Assembly: GCA_951406725.2 (NCBI GenBank)
Contig: OX597818.1
Location: 57,102,001 to 57,166,000 of the forward strand
Direction of reading: 5' to 3'
DNA: 64,000 nt
Source: Octopus vulgaris
Taxonomy: Eukaryota
Both the position numbers and the translations under genes were made by a program. A model generated the notes under the pieces. The model was not told the origin of the DNA and did not search any database. It saw nothing but the letters and a program-made list of their open reading frames with translations. Positions within the stretch are counted from its first letter, which is position 1; each line of letters begins with the position of its first letter. Positions 1-13,503 of the stretch are shown here, one piece after another.

Positions 1-931
1 GCTTCTTTATTTCAGAATTAAAATAATATTTCTTTGCATGCAATCTGTTATCAATTTACATACAAACTATGTCTGCAAGCTACTGTCCCTCATTCTATTC
101 AAAGAAAAATTTTAATTTATTTTTCTGTTGAAACGACCGTCTCCTAAAAAAGCGTACTGATAGCTCGCCAGCCATTGCTATTAAAACTTTAGATAATTTA
201 TCACAAAATAATTTACAAATTTCTGAGATGAGTACATACTGTAGATTTCGAGGCGAAATTTTAAAAATATGATAAAAATAAATTCATAGAAAAATATTTG
301 TTCAAAAGAAACACGATATTTAAAAACACGAGACTATTTTGTTCATTTGCATGCCTAGATTTTGGCGCTAATGAAGTCTGGAAGCCTTGCATGCAACGTT
401 TTGGTTATGTTTAGTGGCAGCCAGTTTTCAGCCATAAATCAATTACACGGAATTTCAATGGCTCTGCTATTAGAACCGGTGTCAAGGTCTTTTCAGTGAA
501 AAGATATGGTTTTCAATAGACTTGGAATATTTTCGTCGTCTCTTTATTTAAAATCTGGGACATGCATGCCTTTTTGTCTCCGACCGAAACTTCACATCAT
601 TTCAGAACTCAAACTTCCCCGAGAATAAGTCAGAACATAGAAATAAAATTTCACTATACTTAACGTAGTTGATTAAAGTTAGATGCACACTGTTTTTAAC
701 AAAAGTTTACATTTTCTATAATTTTCTACCATGTTTATCAGCGATATTTGCCACCTACTTAATTCCGATAACGACTTTACTACGTATAAAAACCTATGCT
801 TCTTTTGTAAACGAACACGAAAAATTCGACGCACCTGCATTTAGCAGGATGTCTTTGTGTTATGTGAGACATTATATAGCATACATACATTGACCATCAT
901 GGTTTTGTGTTTTATATATATTCAGTTCAAA

Positions 932-1322
932 GGCGGCGAGCTGGCAGAAACGTTAGCAGTATTTCGTCTGCCGTTACGTTCTGAGTTCAAATTCCGCCGA
1001 GGTCGACTTTGCCTTTCATCCCTTTGGGGTCGATAAATTAAGTACCAGTTACGCACTGGGGTCGATATAATCGACTTAATCCCTTCGTCTGTCATTGTTT
1101 GTCTTCTCTGTGTTTAGCTCCTTGGGTAGTAAAGAAATAGGTATTTCGTCTGTCGTTACGTTCTGAGTTCAAATTCCGCCGAGGTCGACTTTGCCTTTCA
1201 TCCTTTCGGGGTCGATAAATAAAGTACCAGTTTCGCACTGGGGTCGATGTAATCGACTTAATCCGTTTTTCTGTCCTTGTTTGTCCCCTCTATGTTTAGC
1301 CCCTTGTGGGTAGTAAAGAAAT
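932..1322 (+). mobile_element. tRNA-derived SINE family A (Meta/MESC-like central domain), dimer
   Basis: Head GGCGGCGAGCTGGCAGAA, B-box GAGTTCAAATTC, core GTCGACTTTGCCTTTCATCCTTTCGGGGTCGATAAA. The body repeats from GGTATTTCGTCTG. TSD TATATATTCAGTTCA on both sides. Confidence 0.9.
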
Positions 1323-1617
1323 ATATATATATATATATATTCAGTTCATATATATTCAGTAATTTTGTTCTGAATTTTAAATGTATACTTAACAAATACA
1401 AAGATACTAATTATTGTCGTATGACGGAGCACAACGTAAGAGGAGACCTTATTTAGTATGTAAGCAATACAAATAAGGAATTCACCACAATTTAGGAATT
1501 CTGGTAAGATAGGTACAAATTGTAGTTTATATTAGGCTTATATGCGAAAGGAATTCTGTAAACAGTCCGAACGGTTTATCAGACGCGAGGTTTAGTTTCT
1601 GTTACCCAAGAGTTTGT

Positions 1618-1816
1618 GGAGGCGCGTGGCCCAGTGGTTACGGGTGTTGGACTCACGATCGCAAGATTGTAGTTTCGATTGCTGGACCGGGCGATGCATT
1701 GTGTTCTTGAGCAAAACACTTCATTTTATGTTGCTCCAGGCCACATTGTATGACGGACCTATGTTCCGTCCAGGGAGGAATATATACGCCAGAGAAACGG
1801 GGAAACCGGGGCTATG
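1618..1816 (+). mobile_element. tRNA-derived SINE family C/D, degenerate
   Basis: A-box TGGCCCAGTGG, B-box-like GTTTCGATT, TTGTGTTCTTGAGCAAAACACTT domain. The tail resembles that of the 51.3-kb copy. Confidence 0.75.
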
Positions 1817-2033
1817 TTCCTTACAGAGTAATGTGGACTAATCAGTTGATCTAATTATGTTGTTTCACATGAAATGTCTCATTCTTAATTACTTGTTATT
1901 CCAGTAATTTAAAAACTCAATCAGGTATACCTTGCATTTATTTCGACTCTTATTCTCTCCCAACAAATATTGTTGAGATACAAAATTCGTATCCACAAAC
2001 CTTATGAAAATGATAACAATGAAACTATGTTGA

Positions 2034-3300
2034 GTGATTTTCTCGTATGAGTACAAACTGGGTCACTATGCCGAAGAAGCTCTACGGAATATCAAGCGGG
2101 CCTTTGGTAATGGTTTTATTGACATCAGAACTGTTCAGAGCTGGTGCCAAAGCTCTCGTTCAGGTGATGATAGTCTTGAAAATAAACCAAGGGGTAGGTC
2201 AAAATCAGTTATTTGGCATGATGGATACATAAATTTGGTTGAACAAAATCGGAGAACAAAGGCTCCTAAACTTTCATCAGAACTCCAAACAAGACAAGCA
2301 AACACATAGGCGCAGGAGCGGCTGTGTGGTAAGTAGCTTGTTTACCAACCACATGGTTCCGGGTTCAGTCCCACTGCGTGGCACCTTGGGCAAGTGTCTT
2401 CTGCTATAGCCTCGGGCCGACCAAAGCCTTGTGAGTGGATTTGGTAGACGGAAACTGAAAGAAGCCTGTCGCATATATGTATATATATATATGCGTGTGT
2501 GTGTTTGTGTGTCTTTGTTTATTCCCCTAGCATTGCCTGACAACCGATGCTGGTGTGTTTATGTCCCCGTTACTTAGCGGTTCGGCAAATGAGATCGATA
2601 GAATAAGTACTGGGCTTACAAAAGAATAAGTCCCGGGGTCGAATTGCTCGATTAAAGGCGGTGCTCCAGCATGGCCGCAGTCAAATGACTGAAACAAATA
2701 AAGAGTATAGGTTTGTTTTACATCAACTAAACGAGATTTTAAAAATTAGCGTTTCTTATTGATTTCTGTACTGGAAAAAAAGAACCATTTTTGTATCAAA
2801 TCATTACTTGTGATGAAAGATGGATACTCTTTGACAACAGCAGAAGAACAGGACAGTGATTAGATGCAGGAGAGTCACCTAAACACTACCCAAACCCACC
2901 ATTGCACCCTAAAAAAAGTTAGTGATCACTGTATGGTGGTCTGCGAAAGGAGTTATTTATTATTCGTTTTTACAACAAGGGAAAATGGTAACAGTAATAT
3001 ATTATTGCCAGGAAATTGATTGTATGCATGAGAATTTGAAAAAGAAGCAACCCAGACTGAAGAATAGAGATGGCCTAATTTTGCTCCACGACAATGCACG
3101 TTCTCACACTCCTCAAGCTACGATCCAAAAGTTGCAAAGCCTGAATTATAAGATTTTGCAACTTCCTCCCTATTCCCCTGGTATCTCTCCTACTGATCAT
3201 CACTTATTTAAGCATTTTGAGCTTTTCATAAGCAATAAAACATTCTCAAATAGAGAAGAGGTAATTGATGCATTTGGACAGTTTATCACAGAAAAGATGA
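2034..3300 (+). pseudogene. mariner transposase pseudogene
   Basis: N-terminal HTH (YEYKLGH...RTVQSWC...LENKPRGRS), IITCDERW, VWWSAKG, LLHDNARSH and PPYSPGISPTDHHLF motifs. Broken by stops, frameshifts and insertions. Confidence 0.9.
2309..2706 (+). mobile_element. tRNA-derived SINE family B (CORE-like, internal TA/TG microsatellite) inserted in the mariner
   Basis: GGCGCAGGAG...GGTTCAGTCCC head, CCTTGGGCAAGTG domain, tail CAAATGACTGAAACAA-(AAGAGT). More than 20 copies in the window. Confidence 0.9.
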
Positions 3301-3301
3301 A

Positions 3302-3692
3302 TCTCTATATAAAGCTGAAGTTGTCTGTGTGTGTATGACAGGTTTGGTAGCCTTCAACTGACACTATCTCCTCCGAGACCCTGCGGCGCAAGTTGACCAA
3401 AATTGAGAGTATGATAGAAGAAGGCTTGCTCTTCCTTCCGTTGAAGAAAAAGTTCAAATCGGACCATGTTAACACCAAAAATTATTTATATCAAAAAGGT
3501 GCTTTTTTCTATGAAAATCCATATTCTTTACGATCTTTTGACTGTTGTGTCGCCATTTTTCGGTGTATTTCAACCAGAAAAATGTCCACTTAAAGAGAAT
3601 AACAAGCTACATGATGGAAAATGTTTACTTTTCAAAAATTCCAATTCTAAAGGGTCGAAACAAACCCGAACAACGCCTAGCGATACTGCTAG
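3302..3692 (+). mobile_element. Non-autonomous Helitron
   Basis: 5' TC and 3' CTAG termini, inserted between A and T with no TSD. Subterminal hairpin relic CCCGAACAACGCCTAG. Near-identical copy at 42170-42562. Confidence 0.85.
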
Positions 3693-4149
3693 TTTTTTTT
3701 TAAAGACGGTGAAACATCATAAATGAACGTGGATTATGATCCACTTTGATTAAATAAATCAATTCTCTAACTTTTCTGGAACAATTTATTGTTACCTTTC
3801 AAATACGACATTTCAAGTGAAACAACCTAATAATTAGAGTCGAGGAGTGTAACAAGGACATAGGTGTTCTTTTAAGATTAGAGAACTGAGAAATGGTTGC
3901 GGAAGCTGCAACTTCAGTTGGCAACAAAACCTTTTTCTCAAAGTTTCTCTCTCAATGCCAGAGACGGGCTGAGTAAAATGTGCAAAGGAAACGAGATGCT
4001 GCAAGATTGACTCACCTAGGCATCACAGGTGAAGATGGAGAGGATGAGGATGATGATGATGAGGAGGAGGAGGGGGAATAAGCGTACAAAGGTAACGCAC
4101 ATAAAACAAAAAGGTGACCTATCTGAATATCTAAGTACTTAAGATGATT

Positions 4150-4915
4150 TCCTCCTCTCCGTCGTCGTTCTTCTTCTTCTTCCTCCTCCGCCATCTCTTC
4201 CTTCATACTCTTCCTCCGCCTCCTCCGCCTTTCCCTTTATACACTTCCTCCTCCTCCACCTCTTCCTTCATACTCCCCCTCCTCCTCCGCCCTTTCCTTC
4301 ATACTCTTCTTCCTCCACCTGTTCTTCCTCCTCCACCTCTTCTTCTCTTCATACACTTCCTCCTCCTTCGCTTTTTCCTCCATACTTTTCCTCCTACATC
4401 TTTTCCTGCATGCTCTTCCTCCTCCTCATTCTCCGCCTTTTCCTCCATACTCTTCTTCCTCCTCCACCTCTTCCTTCATACTATTCCTCCTCCTTCTCCT
4501 CCGCCTTTTCCTCCATACTCTTCCCCCTCCTCCGCCTTTTCCTGTGTACCTCTCCTGGTCCTCCACCTCTTTCACCTCCTCCGACTCTTCCTTCATGCTA
4601 TTCCTCCTCCACTTTTTCCTCCATACTTTTCCGCCTCCTTCTCCGCCTTTTTCTTCATACTTTTCCGCCTCCTTCTCCGCCTTTTTCTTCATACACTTCC
4701 TCCTCCTCCGCCTCTTCCTTCATGCTATTCCTCCTCCTCCGCCTTTTCCTTCATACTCTTCCTCCTCCTCCGCCTCTTCCTTCATGCTCCTCCTCCTCCT
4801 CCTCCCCGCCACCTTTTCCTTCGTACACTTCCTCCTCTTCCACCTCTTCCTTCATACTCTTCCTCCTCCTCCGCCTTCATACTCTTCTTCCTCCTTAGCC
4901 TTCATCTCCGGGTTT
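4150..4915. repeat. Degenerate CT-rich minisatellite (~30-bp CCTCCTCCGCCTTTTCCTTCATACTCTT-like units)
   Basis: The motif CCGCCTTTTCCTTCATACTCTT recurs. This tract is the source of several spurious long ORFs. Confidence 0.85.
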
Positions 4916-5592
4916 TATGATGATGATGATGATGATGATGAATTGTCAGTACACGCGTGTGTATGTGTGTGTGTGGGCGTGTGTGTGTGGGCGTGTGTGT
5001 GTGTGTGTGTGTGTATGCGAGTGTGTGTGTATGTGTGTACCATCATAAAACAATCAATCAATTTCTTCCTCCTTTCGTTGATATTCATTTCTTTCAAGAA
5101 AATTCTAATTTCTCTTTGAAATTACAAATATTGATTGAGTCGACGATTTTAAATAACTCTCAGCATTTTCAGAAGCATAAACATTTGTTGTTCACAATAT
5201 TCTTTTTAATTATTCATAACTGATAATTTATTTTAACTAAGATACATTCATCAAGATAAATAATGGCGTAGATTGGTTATCACGAGTTTTTTTTTTTTAC
5301 CAAAAAACAAGAATCATGTTTTTTCCTGAAAAATTTTAATTCTTGATATTCCTCCAATATTTTCACCTTGTGTTTATTATTTGGCAAAAAAGGTTATGTA
5401 TTTAACTCTGCTTCAACTTTGATATATAAAAGCGAAATGTTTCCAAAAATTATATCATGATTCGCATAAAATGTAATGATTACCAGAAAATCTTCAAAGC
5501 AATGTCATTACTTCAAAACTTTGAATCAGACTTGTGAAAAAAATCAAAAAATCCAGCAAACAAAACTAATAAAAGACATCTAAAAACAAAAA

Positions 5593-5985
5593 GAAGTGGC
5601 TGTGTGGTAAGTAGCTTGCCTACGAACCACATAGTTCCGGGTTCAGTCCCACTGCGTGGCACCTTGGGTAAGCGTCTTCTTCTATAGCCTCGGGCCGACC
5701 AAAGCCTTGTGAGTGGATTTGATAGACGGAAACTGAAAGAAGCCCGTTGTAAATATGTATATATATATGTATGTGTGTGTGTGTGTCTGTGTTTGTCCCC
5801 CCAACATCACTTGATAACCGATGCTGGTGTGTTTACGTCCCCGTAACTTAGCGGTTCGGCAAAAGAGACCGATAGAATAAGTGCTAGGCTTACAAAGAAT
5901 AAGTCCTGGGGTCGCTTTGCTCGACTAAAGGCGGTGCTCCAGCATGGCCACAGTCAAATGACTGAAACAAGTAAAAGAGTAAAGA
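5593..5985 (+). mobile_element. SINE family B
   Basis: Matches the 2309-2706 copy. Confidence 0.9.
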
Positions 5986-6086
5986 AAAAGCAAAACAAAA
6001 TGAGAAGTGGATCTCCGTCGGTTTCGGTGATGATTACTCTAATAGATCATTAATGAAGTGAACAACCACCTGCTCATATGAATACT

Positions 6087-6395
6087 GGCACTCCGTCGCT
6101 TACGACGACGAGCATTCCCGTTGATCAGATCAACGGAACAGCCTGATCGTGAAATTATCGTGCAAGTGGCTGAGTACACCACAGACGCGTGTACCCTTAA
6201 GTGAGTTTCAGCGTGACACAGAGTGTGACTATGCCGGCCCTTTGAATTACAGGTACAACTCATTTTTGCCAGCCGAGTGGACTGGGGCAACATGAAATAA
6301 AGTGCCTTGCACAAGGACACAACCCACTGCCTGGAATCGAACTCACAACCTTATGATTGTGAGCCGAATACCCTAACCACTAAGCCATGCGCCTT
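6087..6395 (-). mobile_element. SINE family C/D
   Basis: Reverse-strand tRNA head (GGCGCATGGCTTAGTGG...GTTCGATTCC) plus the tail shared with 29940-30298. Confidence 0.85.
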
Positions 6396-6461
6396 CACAT
6401 ATCATTGTAAGTGACTAAGTGTTACAGAGGCAGGGGTATGATTAATGTAATTCTCAGGAAT

Positions 6462-6870
6462 ATATTTCTTTATTGCCCACAGGGGGCTCAACAGAGAGAG
6501 GACAAACAAGGACAGACAAAGGGATTAAGTCGATTACATCGACCCCAGTGCGAAATTGGTAACTTTATTTATCGACCCCGAAAGGATGAAAGACAAAGTT
6601 GACCTCGGCGGAATTTGAGCTCAGAACTTAACGACAGACGAAATACCTATTTTTTACTACCCACAAGGGGCTAAACACAGAAGGGACAAACAAGGACAGA
6701 CAAACGGATTAAGTCGATTACATCGACCCCAGTGCGAAATTGGTAACTTTATTTATCGACCTCGAAAGGATGAAAGGCAAAGTCGACCTCGGCGGAATTT
6801 GAGCTCAGAACTTAACGACAGATGAAATAACGCTAAGCATTTCGCCCGGCGCGCTAACGTTTCTGCCAGC
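6462..6870 (-). mobile_element. SINE family A, dimer
   Basis: Two body units, flanked by TSD TGTAATTCTCAGGAATA. Confidence 0.9.
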
Positions 6871-7356
6871 TTGTAATTCTCAGGAATAGTCATCAATGTT
6901 GAAGAATGTGTGGAAAATATGGCTTATTGACAAAAAAACGGCTTCCATACTAATTCCGTTTACCCAATTTCACTCAACGACCTGGGTCGACCTCTATATA
7001 ACATCTTGTTCAAGATGTCATATAATGGATTTGAAAATGGGGCTTTATCAATGCGGTAAAAACAGACAGACGCGTGCAGAACACACCCATTATGCGTCCA
7101 CATCTGAGGATGTAAGCGCGTTCTCCGCGTACGAGACTTTAAGTTGTGTGCAAGGGAGTTAACCTCAGTGAAACTACAACTGAATATGTTGCTTGCTACC
7201 TTTTCCTGTTTCTATATTCATTAACACACACACATGTATACATATGTGTATAGAAATATATGTGCGTATATACATAAACACATATGTATATACACATACG
7301 TATATACGTATGCATATATAAATTTATATTGATTTGTATATGTGCATATAAATATG

Positions 7357-7427
<71 letters not shown>

Positions 7428-7633
7428 GTAAATCTGTGGCATTGTGTGACGAAGTTGGTTCTTTGAAAAACAGGTTTCCGCGCAGTTTCCGTCTTTCGTC
7501 TACACTTACAAAATGTGCATACATACATTTGAAAATGCACACACACACACATACACTCACACACGTACTTATACACACATACACGCACATATGCACACAA
7601 CTATACCTATGACAGAAATCACATATATATTAA

Positions 7634-7864
7634 GGCGGCGAGCTGGCAGAAAGGTTAGCACGCCGGGCGAAATGCTTAGCGATATTTCGTCTGCCGTTAC
7701 GTTCTGAGTTCAAATTCCGCCGAGGTCGACTTTGCCTTTCATCCTTTCGGGGTCGATAAATTAAGTACCAGTTACGCACTGGGGTCGATATAATCGACTT
7801 GATTCCTTTGTCTATCCTTGTTTTTCCTCTCTATGTTTAGCCCCTTGTGGGCAATAAAAAAAAT
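7634..7864 (+). mobile_element. SINE family A, monomer
   Basis: Full head and core. Confidence 0.9.
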
Positions 7865-7911
7865 AAGAAATCGCACACACACACACACACACACACACAT
7901 AAAACAATATA

Positions 7912-8821
7912 CGAGGGGTACCCAAAAGCAAACGGAAACGTTCTCTGAAGGGCAAACCAGTTGTATTTCAGGCTTCCGTCACTAGAAGCCACTTGATGCG
8001 ACCCTCAGGCATCAGTATGCCAACCGGCGTCGTCAAGTGTAGTCCTACTTCCAGGTGGTGCATCGTGATTTTGCAGTGCTTCTCTTCTGTTCATCGATTT
8101 TTGCGATGATTCAAACGAAAGAACCATGTGCATCTGTGAAATTCTGTTTTCCGTTGGGGAAAACGGCGGCCGAAAACTGTTGCCATGCTTGTAAAAGCTC
8201 ACATGGACGCTGCTGTGAGTAAAACATAAATTTACGAATGGTTTCCACGCTTTAGGACTGGTCACTTGCCGCTTGAAGACCAACCTCGTTCAGGGAGACT
8301 GTCAACCTCTCTAACGAATGGAAGCATGAAAATTAATGAACCAATCACGAAGGATCATCACCGAACAATTGACGAATTTGTTGATATGACTGGTGTGTCC
8401 TGGAGCTCCTGTCAACGAATTTTGAGCGAGAAATTGCGAATGAAAATAGTTACAGCAAAATTTGTGCCTCGCTTGCTCGCGGAAGATCAAAAGCAGTCAT
8501 GACTGAATGCGTGTCGTGAACTGAAAGAGCAGTTGAAAGTAGATCCGGAGTTTTTCTCGAAGGTCATCACTGGTGATGAAATCTGTTGCTACGGAATTTG
8601 CAAATCTGAAAGAGGTGGGAAAAAAAAACACCCCACAAAAAGGCATTAAAAGTCATCACTTCGCATAAGTTCCAGCACCGCTTCGAACGGTGGAAGACGC
8701 GTCTGAACCGATGCATTGCTTCAAATGGAGAATAATTTAAGGGCAATAAAAGCGTAAACATATAAATCTAAGTGAATAAAATAATACTGCAAAATTCCGG
8801 TTTCTTTTGGGTACCCCCTCA
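7912..8821 (+). mobile_element. Internally deleted mariner (CGAGGG-type TIR, irritans-like)
   Basis: TA|CGAGGGGTACCCAAAAG...CTTTTGGGTACCCCCTCA|TA. Peptides LEDQPRSGR, AKFVPRLL and ITGDE are present, and most of the catalytic domain is deleted. Confidence 0.88.
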
Positions 8822-9499
8822 TATTTATATAATATTTGCAGTTTTTCATGAAGCAAAATAAATATATATTAAAAAAATTTGACAGTAATGTTTTCGGTAG
8901 GAGTGTTTACCTCGATGAAAAATTTAGTAAATAAATACCCAGTGAGAGAGTGCTTGTATGTTCACTCCTCCTGCTAGCAATAACAACAAAATTATCCTGT
9001 TTTCTTAACAAAAAATAAAGGCAGCTTTATTATCTAACGAAGGAACATGATAGAGTATATCTATACGGACATCTAGAGTGTAAGTATATCTAATTAAAGC
9101 AGAGCTGATAATCATGTCTAATACGCTTTTGATCTTACGTTTACTTTCTCAAGGATTGACCTAAGGGAATACACAATAGTAATAGCAACAACAACAAAAA
9201 AACAAAACAAACAAACACAACACCGAAAAGAATTCCTCGGCTATATCGGAGAAATAGGAAATCTTAAGAGGAACAAATAAATAACGTGTTTTTCACTGAG
9301 TTTTGTTGACTTTTGCCAACTTTTTTTGCAACATTAGTTTGGTATATATATTTTTTTTGGTGAACTAGTGCTGTCGAAGGTGGGTTGTTTATGTCTATCT
9401 GCCACAACTGCTGGTTTTAGCTGCCATTATGGAACCGTTATGGGAAATAGTTAATGCCGTCATCACCGTTTCCTGCATGCAGCATTCTGATGCATATGG

Positions 9500-10034
<535 letters not shown>

Positions 10035-11668
10035 AACCTGATTTTTAGAGAGAGAAAATATTGATTTTTTAAAAATATGATATGGACTTTTAGGTTTCCA
10101 GAGATTTCTTTTTCTATATTTTTTTCCCCATTTCGTTGTCAAAATAACATTTTGAAGTTATTTAGAGAATATTTAGACGATATTCGTTGTATGTTCAAAA
10201 AATAGTTAACAGCCAGAAATATTTTCAGTCTAGTGAATTCGAGCAGGTTTCCTCTCACGCTGCAAAAATATTCTTTCTTCACCCTTCTCTAATGTAATAC
10301 CAGAAAAAAAAAACAACAAAAAAACATGCTTATCACAGAACCTCATTTTTATCCCCATACTAATATATTTAAAATCATATGCATGGGAAAATAAAATATT
10401 AAATAAATTATAAAAACAACGAAAATCACTCAGTATTTTGACAAAATTGTAATTTCTATTGGTATTAAGATATTAGATAAAATTTGCATGTAGTGCCCTT
10501 AGCCGTGTCTGCCTGAGAAAAAATGGTGTGCAAAGCGGTTGTGCCGTGCTCGAGCATTGTTACCCTGTGGAGTTATGGCGAAAAGCTGCTATCACGTGTA
10601 GGGCGGATCCGGCTATCGGCCGACTTCGATTAGATCACACCACCCGCTTCCTTTGGTCGGGAAGGCCAGGCAGTTTTATCTGTCTAATGGACATGGAACT
10701 CTGGTAAATTGGCATGAACATTAGATCAAGAAAGTAGTTTTTGTGGCCGAAAGGTTTTGTGAAGCGAGTTCCCTCTTTAGGACTTATTAAAAGTATCCGA
10801 CAGAACAGAAACGGTGAGCTTATATCATATAAATGTTGTCTTTAGCATTGAGAAACTGTTATGTCTGTTTGAAAGTAAGTCTATAGTAGAAGACACTTGC
10901 CCAAGGTGCCACACAGTAGCACTGAACCCGGAACCATGTGATTGGTAAGCAAGCATTTTACAACACAGCCATGTCTGTGCCTCTCTCTCTCCCCCTCTCT
11001 CTCTCTATATATATTATATGACGGGACGGCCAACATCACTTGATAACCGATGCTGGTGTGTTTATGTCCCCGTAACTTAGCGGTTCGGCAAAACAGACCG
11101 ATAGAATAAGTACTAGGCTTACAAAGAATAAGTCCTGGGGTCGATTTGCTAGACTAAAGACGGTGCTCCAGCATGGCCGCAGTCAAATGACTAAAAGAAG
11201 TAAAAGAGTAAAAGAGTAAAGAGTAAAGAGTAAAGCAAAACAAAATGAAAAGTGGATCTCCGTCGGTTTCGGTCATGATTGCACTAATAAATCATTAATG
11301 AACTGAACAACTACCTGCTCATATGAATACAGGCACTCCGTCGGTTACGACGACGAGTATTCCCGTTGATTAGATCAACGGAACAGCCTGCTCGTGAAAT
11401 TATCGTGCAAAGAATAAATCCTGGGGTCGATTTGCTCGACTAAAGGCGGTGCTCCAGCATGGCCGCAGAAAAATGACAGAAACAAGCAAAAGAATATATA
11501 TAAATGTGTGGGTATGCGTGTATATGTGTGTATGTATTTGTTCCCCTACTACTTGACAACCTGTGTTGGTTTCTTTACGTTCCTGTCGCTTAGCTGTTTG
11601 GCGAAGACCCGATAGAACACATGCCATACGTGCAGTATTTGGGTCGACATATTCGACTAAAACCCCAA

Positions 11669-12083
11669 TGGCGGTGAGCTGGCAGAGACGTTAGCACACC
11701 GGGCGAAATGCGTAGCCGTATTTCGTCTGTCATTACGTTCTGAGTTCAAATTCTGCCGAGGTCGACTTTGCCTTTCATCCTTTCGGGGTCGATTAAATAA
11801 GTACCACTTACGCACTGGGGTCGATGTAATCGACTTAATCCCTTTGTCTGTCCTTGTTTGTCCCCTCTGTGTTTAGCCCCTTGTGGGTAATAAAGAAATA
11901 GGTATTTCGCCCGTCCTTAAGTTCTGAGTTCAAATTCCGCCGAGGTCGACTTTGCCTTTCATCCTTTCGAGGTCGATAAATTAAGTACCATTTACGCACT
12001 GGGTCGATGTAATCGAATTAATCTGTTTGTCTGTCCTTGTTTGTCCCCTCTGTGTTTAGCCCCTTGTGGGTAGTAAAGAAATA
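11669..12083 (+). mobile_element. SINE family A dimer inserted in an older family-B SINE
   Basis: Two body units. TSD-like TATTCGACTA..CCC on both sides. Confidence 0.88.
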
Positions 12084-12831
12084 TATTCGACTATAGCCCT
12101 TTAAGGTGATGCCCCAGCATGGCCGCAGTTCAACGACCAGAAACGCATAACTGATAAAAGAATTGTTGGCAGCTGGAGAAATTCCTGGAAAGAAATGTGG
12201 GCGACGTCTTCAATTTCATCCCGACCCGTTCCATTCACACACACACACACCACCACCACCACCACCACCACCAACAACAACAACAACGACAGAAAAGTTA
12301 TTCCAGTAACTTTTTTAAAACAACAAAAAATAAATGAATACAAACAATTTTGTCCTCATAAACAATCTCTTTAGCAAATAATTGCTGAATGAGGTTAAAA
12401 AGTTAAAGAAGCCACAAGAATTTCCTGGTGTGAATAATCTATGTGTTTTTAAATTCATTAATTTTAATAACCATTTTGTTGACTATTTTTTTTTTTTAAT
12501 TAGAAATTTATTAGCTAATTGATTTTTGTTGATGTTATTTTGTTCAATTAGTTATTAATGGTAAATTGATCATCGTATTGATAAATGAGTATTCAGCAGA
12601 TCAGGTATTGTTTCAGATTGTTTATGTGGATCGGTGTATATTTTTTTATTATTCCAAGTTCGCTTTATATTTCAATATCGTTTAGGACAATGAACTGTTT
12701 TGCCATTCTCTGTCGTTATATCTAAATCACATATAAACAATTTGAATCGAAACATTTATAGATAAAGGACCATTTAAAAAAACACAGGGCTGTCATATAT
12801 TTTCTATTATTCCATTACGTTAAAATATTTG

Positions 12832-12904
<73 letters not shown>

Positions 12905-12992
12905 GGAGTAAACACATAAATGTGAAACAAGGTGGAAAAAGAGTACTCAAATACCAGTGGTAGAGTAATATGCTTTATTTTATAAAATAAAG

Positions 12993-13095
<103 letters not shown>

Positions 13096-13098
13096 CAT

Positions 13099-13503
13099 AG
13101 GTATAGGAGTGGCTGTGTGGTAAGTAGCTTGCTTAAGAACCACATGGTTCTGGGTTCAGTCCCACTGCGTGGCACTTTGGGCAAGTGCCTTCTGCTATAG
13201 CTTCGGGCTGACCAAAGCCTTGTGAGTGGATTTGGCAGACAGAAACTGAAAGAAGCCCCGTCGTATATGTGCATATATATATGTATGTGTGTGTGTGTGT
13301 TTGTGTGTCTGTGTTTGTCTCCCTAACATCGCTTGACAACCAATGCTGGTGTGTTTACGGCCCCGTAACCTAGCGGTTCGGCAAAAAAGACTGATAGAAT
13401 AAGTACTAGGCTTACAAAGAATAAGTCCCGGGGTCGATTTGCTCGACTAAAAGGCGGTGCTCCAGCATAGCCACAGTCACATGACTGAAACACGTAAAAG
13501 AGT
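13099..13503 (+). mobile_element. SINE family B
   Basis: Full-length match to the family. Confidence 0.9.

Larger units (their letters stand above)
1855..3830 (+). mobile_element. Decayed mariner (DD34D) transposon interrupted by a SINE and a Helitron
   Basis: 24-bp TIRs: TTATGTTGTTTCACATGAAATGTC (1855-1878) and GACATTTCAAGTGAAACAACCTAA (3807-3830, followed by TA). Transposase remnants lie inside. Confidence 0.9.

Noticed and set aside
4010-4075. Minus-strand pyrimidine tract + AG|GTGAGT (recursive splice-like site)
   Set aside because: The tract is a simple repeat and no host gene is established.
4144-5119. Long ORFs (258, 191 and 162 aa)
   Set aside because: Stop-free CT-rich low-complexity repeat, open in several frames.
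10497-10720. GC-richer patch as a possible ribozyme or LINE 5' UTR
   Set aside because: No HDV or hammerhead fold could be drawn and there is no adjoining ORF.
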